30,078 bases of DNA from Chlamydiota bacterium. GTDB taxonomy: Bacteria; Chlamydiota; Chlamydiia; Chlamydiales; SM23-39. Below, piece by piece: positions 16,411-25,251 of the stretch. The DNA is taken from contig JBCAXK010000017.1 in NCBI GenBank assembly GCA_038534095.1, positions 1 to 30,078 of the forward strand, in the 5' to 3' direction. The notes under the pieces are model-generated. The model was not told the origin of the DNA, ran no database searches, and saw only the letters and a list, made by a program, of their open reading frames with translations. Position numbers and translations under genes: made by a program. Within the stretch, counting starts at the first letter, position 1, and each line of letters begins with the position of its first letter.

Positions 16411-17855
16411 GTCAAGATTTTTTTGAGCTCTTCTATCTGAAGAGCTCGCATCAATAGCAAGAAGATCCCCCCATACATTCCCCCAAGGCACAAAAACTCT
16501 AGGTAGCCACCTTGTAAAAAGACCATCTTTTGGATAGCCATTTTTGCGATAAGAGCAGAAGAGCTTGCTCCAAAAACAATTTTTACAAAAAACATACGGG
16601 GCTGCCTCCATATATTGGGTAGCCATCTTTCTACATGCCACGCCAAAAAAGCGCAGTGGATCCACTGACTAATTGCTGTAGAGAAAGCTACGCCGAGAGC
16701 GCCCCACTCCGAGCCAAAAACAAACCAGAGATTTCCGGCAATATTGACAAGCACGCTCAGCAAAGAGGCTTTTGCGGTCAAAGCATGCCGTTTTTTTGTG
16801 AAGAGAACTTGATTCGACAGAAAAATACCAAAAGAGGGGAGCAGTCCTAAACAGTAGGCTTGGAGGCATCTAGCAGAGACCTGAACGCTGGTAGCATCAA
16901 ACGCACCTCTTTGAAAAAAGGTGGCTACCACCTCATGGCTGAAGATCAAAAGACCAAAGGTGGAAAAGCCGAGCAAGACAAGCCCTATTCGAAAAGCCTC
17001 TAAAAAACGGCTTTCTTCTTTTGCTACGCCTCCTGAAGAAAAATGGGGCAAAAATGCTGTGGATAAAGCGAGACTAAATAGGGATACTGGCGCCTGATAC
17101 AAACGGATCGCGAACCATAAATAGGAGGGGCCTCGAGGATCTGCCCACTGAGCGAAGAGGGCGTCGAAAAAGCTATGCACTTGCATCGTCCCAATCCCCA
17201 GCACTCCCCAAAAAAATGGACGGACAAGAGAGCGGATTTGAGGAGTAAACGGGGTGAAAGAGGGAAGAACAGGGGGCTTTGTGAGAGAAAAAATCGTCAC
17301 AAGCCACTGAAAGAAAAATCCGATAAGCGCGCATATTGGGAGGTACATTCTGGCAGCGTCCCGAAAAAGCAGGGTAGGAATAATGAGCGCTAGATTGAAA
17401 AATAGAGGAGCTATTGCTGGGAAAAAAAATGTGTCATGGCATTGGAGGTAGGCGCTATTTGTTGCGTACGCGGAGAGAAAAATCAAGCTAAAGCTCAAGA
17501 TTCGTATAGGAGAAGAAAATACGCCAGCCCAAGCTGGGAAGAAAAAAAAAGAGGTTTGGACAACAAGTACAAACAGACAGACTACACAAAGTAGGGCTGC
17601 TTGAAATTGGCGATAGAAGGTGGTGGCAAGGGAAGGATTTTTCTCTACAAGCTCTTGATATCTCGGAATAAAAAGGGAAGAGACGAGCGTTTCTCCAAAA
17701 ATCCTTCGGAAAATCAGCGCAAAACGGAAAGCTGTGAAAAAAATGGATAACTCGAGAGAAGTGCCAAAAGCGCTAGCTAAGGCAATATCTCGCGCAAGTC
17801 CGCTTGCCTTACTGAGGAACGTTCCTTGAAAGATTTTTTGAAAAGATCGGATCAT
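16407..17855 (-). CDS. murJ: Lipid II flippase MurJ (MviN)
   Basis: SKASGLARDIALASAFG, AFRF..IFRRIFGE, FFFPAIAPLFFN, AIRLYQAP, FQRGAFD; many TM segments; GGAGG RBS. Confidence 0.93.
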   Translation of the reverse strand: MIRSFQKIFQGTFLSKASGLARDIALASAFGTSLELSIFFTAFRFALIFRRIFGETLVSSLFIPRYQELVEKNPSLATTFYRQFQAALLCVVCLFVLVVQTSFFFFPAWAGVFSSPIRILSFSLIFLSAYATNSAYLQCHDTFFFPAIAPLFFNLALIIPTLLFRDAARMYLPICALIGFFFQWLVTIFSLTKPPVLPSFTPFTPQIRSLVRPFFWGVLGIGTMQVHSFFDALFAQWADPRGPSYLWFAIRLYQAPVSLFSLALSTAFLPHFSSGGVAKEESRFLEAFRIGLVLLGFSTFGLLIFSHEVVATFFQRGAFDATSVQVSARCLQAYCLGLLPSFGIFLSNQVLFTKKRHALTAKASLLSVLVNIAGNLWFVFGSEWGALGVAFSTAISQWIHCAFLAWHVERWLPNIWRQPRMFFVKIVFGASSSALIAKMAIQKMVFLQGGYLEFLCLGGMYGGIFLLLMRALQIEELKKILT

Positions 17856-17907
17856 CCTCCACAGACTAACAAGAAAAAGGAAAATTGCCCAGAATAGATC
17901 GATTCTT

Positions 17908-17927
17908 TAGAATAAGATCTTATTCTA
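17908..17927. promoter_or_regulatory. Perfect 20-bp palindrome in the divergent murJ/nfo intergenic region
   Basis: TAGAATAAGA|TCTTATTCTA is its own reverse complement; function is inferred. Confidence 0.5.
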
Positions 17928-18101
17928 CTTGGCTTATAAGGATCCTCGCGCGATGCGATCAAAAAAACATCCGACGAAGTAAGCATGCCTTCATCTCTCT
18001 TAAGAGAAGAAGGGTAGACAAATCAAAGAGGCCTCTTGCAAAAAAGGAACGCCTTTCTTCTGCAAGGTAGGCTCTCTTGAACACCTCTTAGGTAAGCGCT
18101 C

Positions 18102-19010
18102 ATGACAATAAAAAAACACCAGAATCTTGTAGGAGCTCACATGTCCGCTGCCGGCGGGCCTTATAACGCCCTTTATCGAGGACGCGCGGTTGGAGCCACA
18201 GCCATCCAACTTTTTACAAGTAACCAAAAACAGTGGCGCGGCAAGAAAATCTCCCCAGAAGAGGTGGAAAAATGGGAAGAGGCAAAACAGGAAACGGGGA
18301 TTGATGTTACTGTATCTCACGATAGTTATCTCATCAACTTGGGTTCTGATAAACCCGATATTTTGGAGAAAAGTTGCAAAAGCTTTTCAGAAGAGATTGT
18401 CAGATGTCAGCTTCTTGCTATCACCTATTTGAATTTTCATCCAGGGGTAGCTACCTCCAAAGATGAAGAGCAGTGTCTAAACCAGATTGTGAAAAGCCTT
18501 CTTTCGTTTGAGAAACTCTTGCAAGGAAACTCTAACCCCCCCCCAAACTCGACCAGATTGCTTCTCGAAACAACCGCAGGACAAGGCAATAGCGTAGGGT
18601 ACGATTTTGCCCACTTAGCTTACATCATTCAAGAGGTGGAAAGTGTCATTCCGATAGGCGTCTGCATTGACACTTGTCATATTTTTTCTGCCGGTTATGA
18701 TCTTTCTTCCAAAAAAGCTGCTGAAGAAACAGTGGCTACTTTTGATAAAATCATCGGCCTCAAGCATCTTTATGCGCTCCATATCAACGATTCAAAAAAA
18801 CCACTTGGATCAAGAAGAGACCGGCACGCATCTTTAGGACAAGGAGAGATCGGTCTTGAGGGGATCACCTCCTTAGTGACGCAGGAAAAAATTTCTACGC
18901 TCCCTTTAATTTTAGAAACACCTGAACCTGCGCTATACTCGGAAGAAATAGCGCTCATCAAACATCATATCGAGTCCCATGCAAAAAGTACTGATCAAAC
19001 ACCTTCTTAA
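18102..19010 (+). CDS. nfo: Endonuclease IV (AP endonuclease)
   Basis: GAHMSAAGG, HDSYLINLGS, NFHPG, LLETTAGQG, GVCIDTCHIFSAGYD, HINDSK, DRHA, ILETP. Confidence 0.97.
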   Translation: MTIKKHQNLVGAHMSAAGGPYNALYRGRAVGATAIQLFTSNQKQWRGKKISPEEVEKWEEAKQETGIDVTVSHDSYLINLGSDKPDILEKSCKSFSEEIVRCQLLAITYLNFHPGVATSKDEEQCLNQIVKSLLSFEKLLQGNSNPPPNSTRLLLETTAGQGNSVGYDFAHLAYIIQEVESVIPIGVCIDTCHIFSAGYDLSSKKAAEETVATFDKIIGLKHLYALHINDSKKPLGSRRDRHASLGQGEIGLEGITSLVTQEKISTLPLILETPEPALYSEEIALIKHHIESHAKSTDQTPS

Positions 19011-20325
19011 AGAAGACACCTTTTTAGGAAAAACGCTCACAGTCACCGGCTGGATCCGCAGCCTTCGGGAGCAAAAACATCTCTGCTTTTTACAAATCAA
19101 TGATGGCAGTTATTTCGACTCACTCCAAATTGTTGCAGATGATACGCTCCCAGGCTACCATGACCTTCTTCCGAAGCTCATTACAGGAGCTGCAATAGAA
19201 GTAGAGGGAGTTCTCGTCAAAAGCAGCGGGAAACAGCAACCGGTAGAAATGCGCCCCACTACAATCGCTCTTATTGGAGCGTCTTCTGAAGAATATCCCT
19301 TACAAAAAAAACGGCACTCTTTTGAGTATCTTCGTACCATTGCGCACCTTCGTCCTAGAACCAATACGCAAGGAGCCTGCCTTCGTATCCGTAGCCTGCT
19401 GAGTTACGCAGTCCACACATTTTTTCAGGAAAAAGAGTTTGTGCATATTCATACCCCGATCTTAACCGCTTTGGACTGTGAGGGGGCGGGAGATCTTTTT
19501 CAAGTCCAAAAAAACGGGAAACATTTTTTTGGGGCTCCTGCCTATTTGAACGTATCGGGTCAGTTAGAAGCGGAAATTTGCGCGCTTGCGCTGAGTAATG
19601 TGTATACGTTTGGTCCCACATTCCGCGCAGAAAATTCACATACCTCACGCCATTTATCTGAATTTTGGATGATCGAACCAGAAATGGCTTTCTGTGATCT
19701 TGCCCAAGATATGGATATCGCAGAAGAGTTCATCAAATACGTCACCAACTATGTTTTGGATAAGGGAGAAAGAGATTTAGCCTTTTTTGACACGTTCATC
19801 GAAAAAGGGCTCTTAGAAAAACTGGGTCGTCTTACCAGCAAATCCTTTGCCCGCATGTCCTATACTGAGGCGATCGCTGCTTTACAAAAAGCGAAGAAAG
19901 CCTTTGTATTTTCTCCCGATTGGGGCTGCGACTTGCAGTCGGAACATGAGCGGTATCTCGCAGAAGAGTTTTGCGAGAAGCCGGTCTTTATTCACGACTA
20001 TCCAAAAGAGATCAAAGCTTTCTACATGAAAGATGGTTCGGATGGGAAAACGGTAAAGGCGATGGATCTTTTGGTGCCAGGGATCGGCGAACTGATCGGC
20101 GGATCGCAAAGGGAAGATCGACTCGATCTCCTTGAAGAGAAAATGCGAAATAAGGGGCTAAATCCTGCAGAGTACTGGTGGTACATCGATTTAAGAAAGT
20201 ATGGCTCTTGTCCCCATAGCGGTTTTGGCGTAGGCTTCGAGCGGCTCATCCAGATGATCACAGGTCTTGAAAATATTCGGGATGTGATCCCTTTCCCTAG
20301 GTATCCAGGTCACGCAGAGTTTTGA
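18979..20325 (+). CDS. asnS: Asparagine--tRNA ligase
   Basis: INDGS, YPLQKKRHSFEYLR, HLRPRTN, VSGQLE, FGPTFRAENSHTSRHLSEFWMIEPE, GELIGGSQRE, PHSGFGVGFER. Confidence 0.98.
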   Translation: MQKVLIKHLLKEDTFLGKTLTVTGWIRSLREQKHLCFLQINDGSYFDSLQIVADDTLPGYHDLLPKLITGAAIEVEGVLVKSSGKQQPVEMRPTTIALIGASSEEYPLQKKRHSFEYLRTIAHLRPRTNTQGACLRIRSLLSYAVHTFFQEKEFVHIHTPILTALDCEGAGDLFQVQKNGKHFFGAPAYLNVSGQLEAEICALALSNVYTFGPTFRAENSHTSRHLSEFWMIEPEMAFCDLAQDMDIAEEFIKYVTNYVLDKGERDLAFFDTFIEKGLLEKLGRLTSKSFARMSYTEAIAALQKAKKAFVFSPDWGCDLQSEHERYLAEEFCEKPVFIHDYPKEIKAFYMKDGSDGKTVKAMDLLVPGIGELIGGSQREDRLDLLEEKMRNKGLNPAEYWWYIDLRKYGSCPHSGFGVGFERLIQMITGLENIRDVIPFPRYPGHAEF

Positions 20326-20816
20326 AGATCTGTTTCTCTAGAACAGTGCAACTAGCGCTGTCGTTACAAAATTTTACCAGGTCTCATCGGGAAAAGAGCG
20401 TTCATAAATCTAGACAGCAAACAACATTTCTAGAAAAACGGTACCTGCAGAGCAGCTGCTTTCTAGGGGACAAACGGCTTTTTCTATGATGGGCATTGTG
20501 GCTGAAAAAACAGGACAAAGTGCTCCTGAAATCGATCAGGTCCTTCTCTATGCGTCCCTGCCCCATTAGTCTGCACAAAAGAACTCATACAAAGCACTTT
20601 CTCTCCCTAGAGCTGCATGACCGAACATGGCAGATTTCAAAAAAATTGCCCTCTTAAACCCTCTAAGTCGCTTAGATGCTCATGATAAAATAATACGTAA
20701 AAAAACTTTTTCAATAATTTTATTTTTTAATAATTAATTTCAATTATTGATAATTTGTTTATTTTTTATTTGTAATAAATGAGTAATCATTTTTTCAGAA
20801 AAAAGGGAGTGTAATC

Positions 20817-21395
20817 ATGCATTATGGTTATGAAGGGAAAACGTATTGTACGCGCAATGACATCATTCTTGATGATATTATCCGTGGTAGAATTCACGAG
20901 ATGACGAGTAAGCAATCTGTTGCCAGATATCATCAGCTTCGGGCTGAGCAAGCCCGCTTACGAACGAAGATCTCAGAACAATCCTTTTCTACAGCGAAGA
21001 GGGTAGGAAAGATTTTTTGGGGATTCACAACGTTTGCAGCTATAAGATCGTTCATAGCACTAGGGAACGTGGATTTCTCCGCTTTCACTACATGGGCTTT
21101 TTCTGCCGTACTTCTTACAGTTCCCTCACTGATACTTACGGAAACCCTTTACCATAATATACATAACGCAAAAATGAAGGCCATGGCTAGAGGAGAATTT
21201 CAAGGAGAGGCGCAAAGAAGCTTTATCACTCTCGGCTCGGAAATCCGGGAGCTTCGTACCAATCTTGAGAAGTATTTAAACAATCTAAATGATGAGGGAG
21301 AACCGAACGAGCCTTATCAGATGAATCCTGTGATCCCAGGAAATCCCCGTACCCATCTGATACCCGAGCCTTTACATTCCGGTCGCAATTTTTGA
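20817..21395 (+). CDS. Hypothetical membrane protein with bilobed hydrophobic domain (Inc-like)
   Basis: 192 aa; GGGAG RBS; two adjacent hydrophobic helices (IFWGFTTFAAIRSFIALG / FSAFTTWAFSAVLLTVPSLIL) flanked by coiled-coil-like segments; Pro-rich tail. Confidence 0.7.
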   Translation: MHYGYEGKTYCTRNDIILDDIIRGRIHEMTSKQSVARYHQLRAEQARLRTKISEQSFSTAKRVGKIFWGFTTFAAIRSFIALGNVDFSAFTTWAFSAVLLTVPSLILTETLYHNIHNAKMKAMARGEFQGEAQRSFITLGSEIRELRTNLEKYLNNLNDEGEPNEPYQMNPVIPGNPRTHLIPEPLHSGRNF

Positions 21396-21941
21396 GCGTT
21401 CAGTAGCAGAAAATTTGCATTGAACGTGGCGCTTTTCCGAGAAAAAGATCCAGTTTCTTTGAAAAAAGTATCTCATAAAACAACCTTTGGGAGATAAGAA
21501 AGGCAGAGTTTTTTCGAAGAGAAGATATTTGGAGAAGATCCTTTCAGTGAAAATTGAAAAAATCTTTTACATTTGCTCTCAAAAAAAATCATCTGACGTG
21601 GGAGCTCTATTCAGGAATAATGATGTTTTGATCTGATCGCCCAAATCTTCCGTATGGATGCCCCGTTTTTTACCAAAATATGCTTTGACCACTCTTCGGA
21701 TAACAGGTATGAAGGGTAAGGCTTTCTCTAAGTGGTGGGAATCAGAATCTAGATTCTACACATTTTTCATCCTATCTGTGAATTCTTTTGAGTGTATAAC
21801 AAGGAATTTGTAAAATAATCCTCCTAAAGGGGTTTTGAAAGGGTTTCAGTGATATGCTCCCACATGAAAATAGTTTCAAAATCTTTCAAGATCCCGTTAA
21901 AAAATTGTAGTATCAATAGGAGTATATAAATTTTAGGCAAT

Positions 21942-22700
21942 ATGAACTCTTTTTCTTCGGCAATATGGGATCTCTGTTTTAATCACTCAGATTTTGATCG
22001 TCATTTTAGCCCCAATTCCGCTATAGACTTTCCGAATCTTTTCAACGACATTGCTTTTAAGCGCAGTGGGAATAACCGTTGCCATTACTTGGTGGCTTTC
22101 ATAGGCGCAATCGCTGCAGCCAATACTGTCTCTGCATATTCTTCAAGCCAAGACATAACAAAATGGCAACCGATTACGATGATTTCTGGTGTTATTCCAG
22201 TCGTAGCCTTGGTAATGAATCTATTTCTCCATCAATACCGATCTGAGATCAATACCGTCCATATTTACGCAGTGGTTTTACAGAAACGGGGTTTCCCGGT
22301 TGCTGATTTGCCAGCCAACAAGGAGGGGTTCCGTTACGATATGTGGCCAAAAGTGGAAAATTCTCCTGTCTTAATGGGTGAACTTCAGAGATTGAAAAGG
22401 GATCAGCCAATACAATCGGTATTAAGACGATATAATGCTGTTGAGTGCGCGCTTCCTATTCTTGCAACAATGGGAATCATCTTTGCTGGGATAATGGGAG
22501 AAGGTCTTTATCAAAAAGAACGCCATTTGTTCACTTTTGCAATCACAAAAAATTATTCATGGGTGTTTTTTACGGCAGAAATCATAGCAAATATTGTCCT
22601 AAGAGAGTTCTTTTCTGTTTCTCTTTTAGAAGATTTACTCAAAAACATCCCAAGGATTCCCCAGGCTGTCCCCCTGCAGCCTATCCCCATTCCCCCGTAA
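21942..22700 (+). CDS. Hypothetical membrane protein with two hydrophobic hairpins (Inc-like)
   Basis: 252 aa; hydrophobic pairs YLVAFIGAIAAA / ITMISGVIPVVALVMNLFL and ALPILATMGIIFAGIMG / WVFFTAEIIANIVL; tail PQAVPLQPIPIPP. Confidence 0.7.
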   Translation: MNSFSSAIWDLCFNHSDFDRHFSPNSAIDFPNLFNDIAFKRSGNNRCHYLVAFIGAIAAANTVSAYSSSQDITKWQPITMISGVIPVVALVMNLFLHQYRSEINTVHIYAVVLQKRGFPVADLPANKEGFRYDMWPKVENSPVLMGELQRLKRDQPIQSVLRRYNAVECALPILATMGIIFAGIMGEGLYQKERHLFTFAITKNYSWVFFTAEIIANIVLREFFSVSLLEDLLKNIPRIPQAVPLQPIPIPP

Positions 22701-22849
22701 AAAGATTGACGGGTTTGTACTAATGAGGTTTGGGCGGGGGTTTGGCAAAGTCGAACAAATAACTACAAGGGATACAAGGCTAGATAAGGCATAGAGATAA
22801 AACAGGCAATAAAACTCCTTAGGAAAGAGCTTGTTTGTACGGATACTTC

Positions 22850-24190
22850 CTAAGAAAAGATTTCGGGAACTTTCTCGATAGAAGGTTCTTGTAGAGCATA
22901 TTCACGCAATTTTGTTCTTAGCGTTTTTTCGGTGATGCCTAATGTTTTGGCCACTTTTTTTCGGTTATTTTGCAGCAAGCGCATCGCATCGAGGATGTGC
23001 CTTTTCTCCCAATGTTTTAAAGAGAGGAGCGGCTGCGTGTGTTTTTTCAGATGGATCTCTTCCTCTGAGATCTCTTTGCCAAGGCTGAGGGCGTGCGCTC
23101 TTTCTAAAATATTTTTCAGTTCTCGAATATTTCCTGGGAATGAATAATTGAGAAGCTTCTCAAAAGCGTTTTTGCTAAGGGTTTTCCCTTCCCGTTTTGT
23201 TCTATGCAGATGGGTTAAAAAATGGTTGATGAGTAGAGGGAGATCTTCTTTACGCTCTCTAAGAGGGGGAATGGTCAGTGGAATCACATGGAGACGGTAA
23301 AAAAGATCTTCGCGAAAGAGCTTTTTATCGAGAGCTTCTTGGATGTTTCTGTTTGTAGTGGCGATGATGCGCACATCGACCTGGATAGATTTTTCCCCTC
23401 CGAGTCTCTCAAACTCCTGCTCTTGGAGAACGCGTAAGAGCTTGGATTGTAGGTGGAGCGGCATTTCAGTGACTTCATCTAAAAGAAGCGTGCCTTGGTG
23501 GGCTAGCTCAAAGCGTCCGAGCCGTCTTTTGTCTGCCCCGGTAAAGGCCCCTTTTTCGTGTCCAAAAAATTCCGATTCCAACAAGCTTTCTGCTACCGCG
23601 GCGCAATTGACTCGGATAAACGGCCTTTCGCTCCGCAAAGATTCTTGATGGATGAGGCTCGAAATCACCTCTTTCCCCGTTCCCGATTCTCCTTGAATGA
23701 AGACGCTTGCCGTAGTTTTTGCGCATTTTTTTACATCCAAAAAGAGTTTTTGCATCAAAGGACTTTTTGATTTGAGGAGCACCTCTTTTTGGAGATGAGG
23801 AGCCTTGGGAGTAGGTAGGCCTTTTCTTGAGGCGAAGTATCTGCTCGCCTTTTCTAGAACCTCTTCGAGCGTACGCAACGAAAAGGGTTTGATGAGATAA
23901 TGAAACGCGCCTAATTGCATAGCCTCCACAGCATTTTCAATGCTTGCGAAAGCGCTCATCACAATCGTGACCGAATCTGTGTGCTTTGCGCAGTATCTTA
24001 GTACATCTTTCCCAGACACTTTGGGCATTTTCATATCGGTGAGAACAAGATCAAACGGTTCTTTCTGTAAAAGACGTAACGCTTTTTCGCCATCAGAGGC
24101 GGATTTTACGCGAAATTTTTGCAAGGTAAAATAATCGATGAGAAAACGGCAAAAAACGGGATCATCTTCAACAATCAAGAGAGTTTGCAT
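22850..24190 (-). CDS. atoC: Sigma54-dependent response regulator, NtrC/AtoC family (chlamydial CtcC-like)
   Basis: Receiver (LIVEDD, LTDMKMP), AAA+ GESGTGKE, GHEKGAFTGA, LLDEV, FREDLFYRL, FPGNIREL, Fis-type HTH; ATG overlaps the kinase stop (TGATG). Confidence 0.92.
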   Translation of the reverse strand: MQTLLIVEDDPVFCRFLIDYFTLQKFRVKSASDGEKALRLLQKEPFDLVLTDMKMPKVSGKDVLRYCAKHTDSVTIVMSAFASIENAVEAMQLGAFHYLIKPFSLRTLEEVLEKASRYFASRKGLPTPKAPHLQKEVLLKSKSPLMQKLFLDVKKCAKTTASVFIQGESGTGKEVISSLIHQESLRSERPFIRVNCAAVAESLLESEFFGHEKGAFTGADKRRLGRFELAHQGTLLLDEVTEMPLHLQSKLLRVLQEQEFERLGGEKSIQVDVRIIATTNRNIQEALDKKLFREDLFYRLHVIPLTIPPLRERKEDLPLLINHFLTHLHRTKREGKTLSKNAFEKLLNYSFPGNIRELKNILERAHALSLGKEISEEEIHLKKHTQPLLSLKHWEKRHILDAMRLLQNNRKKVAKTLGITEKTLRTKLREYALQEPSIEKVPEIFS

Positions 24191-25251
24191 CAAAGAGCCT
24201 TTCTTAGGGGGAGCTTCATTGAAAAAACGGTTCCTTGGACCACGTTAGACCGAGCTTCCAATGAGCCGTTGTGTTCTTGGACAATTTTCTTGGTTTCGGT
24301 TAGCCCTAGACCATGCCCTGTTTTTTTTGTCGTGAAGAAAGGGGAAAAAATTTTCTCTTCTGTTTTAGGACAAAGCCCGCAGCCTGTATCAGAAACCGTA
24401 ATGATGCAACTTTGATCTTGTTGCCATAGATTGATAGAAATCTCTCCTTGATCTTCGATCGCTTGTTGCGCGTTGATCAGTACATTCAAAAGAGCCCTTT
24501 CTATGAGAGAGGGATCAAGCCAAGCGTAAATTGGCTGCGTAGGCAAATGCAAGTTCCACAAAATGCTTTTTCCTAAGAGGGCATCTTGACGAACAAAAGA
24601 GACCGCGGATTGGATCAAGCCCGTAAGGTTGGTTTTTTCTAAGGAAAGCTGATTGGGTTTGAGGCATTGTAAAATTTTGGTGAGTAGAGCATCTAGCCGA
24701 TTTGTCCCATCTACGATACTTGCAGCCATTTTTTCTAAGGAAGGATCATCGAGGTTTTTTTGTAAGAGCATCCCATATCCTCGGATGCCTCCTAAAGGAT
24801 TTTTGATTTCGTGAGCCACTAAAGCGCTCATCATACCTATCTCCTCGAGGCGGGATTTTTGTCTAAGTAGATCTTCTTGCCTATTTTGTCTTGTCACATC
24901 TTGGAGCAGCAAAAGAATCCCGGGCAGAGGATCTTCCCCGAGGTATTTCCGGGGAGTTACGGTGATCTGGCGATCTTTCCAAAAAACGGAAAAGGGAGTC
25001 TGCGCAAAGGTCTCTTGATGAAGAGCTTCTCGCATAGAAAATCCAAAAGAGTCATCGGGGAAAAATTTCCAGAAAGATTGCAAAAGAAGTTCTTTTCCCT
25101 CTTTTCTGAGTACTGTCTCCGCTTTGGCATTGATGGCTAAAAAAAGACCTTCAGGATTGATAAATAAAACCCCTTCCGACATATTTTTTAGTAGTAGGTC
25201 TAAAAAATGTGTGATGGGACTATGCGACGCAACTTCCAAATAGGACATCAT
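24190..25251 (-). CDS. atoS: Cytoplasmic PAS-domain sensor histidine kinase (chlamydial CtcB/AtoS-like)
   Basis: PAS-like N-terminus (EGVLFIN...INAKA), H-box AHEIKNPLGGI, N-box NVLINA, DTGCG, FSPFFTTK, GHGLGL; no TM helix. Confidence 0.9.
   Translation of the reverse strand: MMSYLEVASHSPITHFLDLLLKNMSEGVLFINPEGLFLAINAKAETVLRKEGKELLLQSFWKFFPDDSFGFSMREALHQETFAQTPFSVFWKDRQITVTPRKYLGEDPLPGILLLLQDVTRQNRQEDLLRQKSRLEEIGMMSALVAHEIKNPLGGIRGYGMLLQKNLDDPSLEKMAASIVDGTNRLDALLTKILQCLKPNQLSLEKTNLTGLIQSAVSFVRQDALLGKSILWNLHLPTQPIYAWLDPSLIERALLNVLINAQQAIEDQGEISINLWQQDQSCIITVSDTGCGLCPKTEEKIFSPFFTTKKTGHGLGLTETKKIVQEHNGSLEARSNVVQGTVFSMKLPLRKAL

Noticed and set aside
20326..20680. Long spacer after asnS as a pseudogene or ncRNA
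   Set aside because: No sustained reading frame or recognisable RNA structure found by eye
21744..21757. Palindrome AGAATCTAGATTCT resembling the murJ/nfo AGAAT...ATTCT sites
   Set aside because: Half-site spacing differs (4 versus 6 and 8), so a shared operator is not supported
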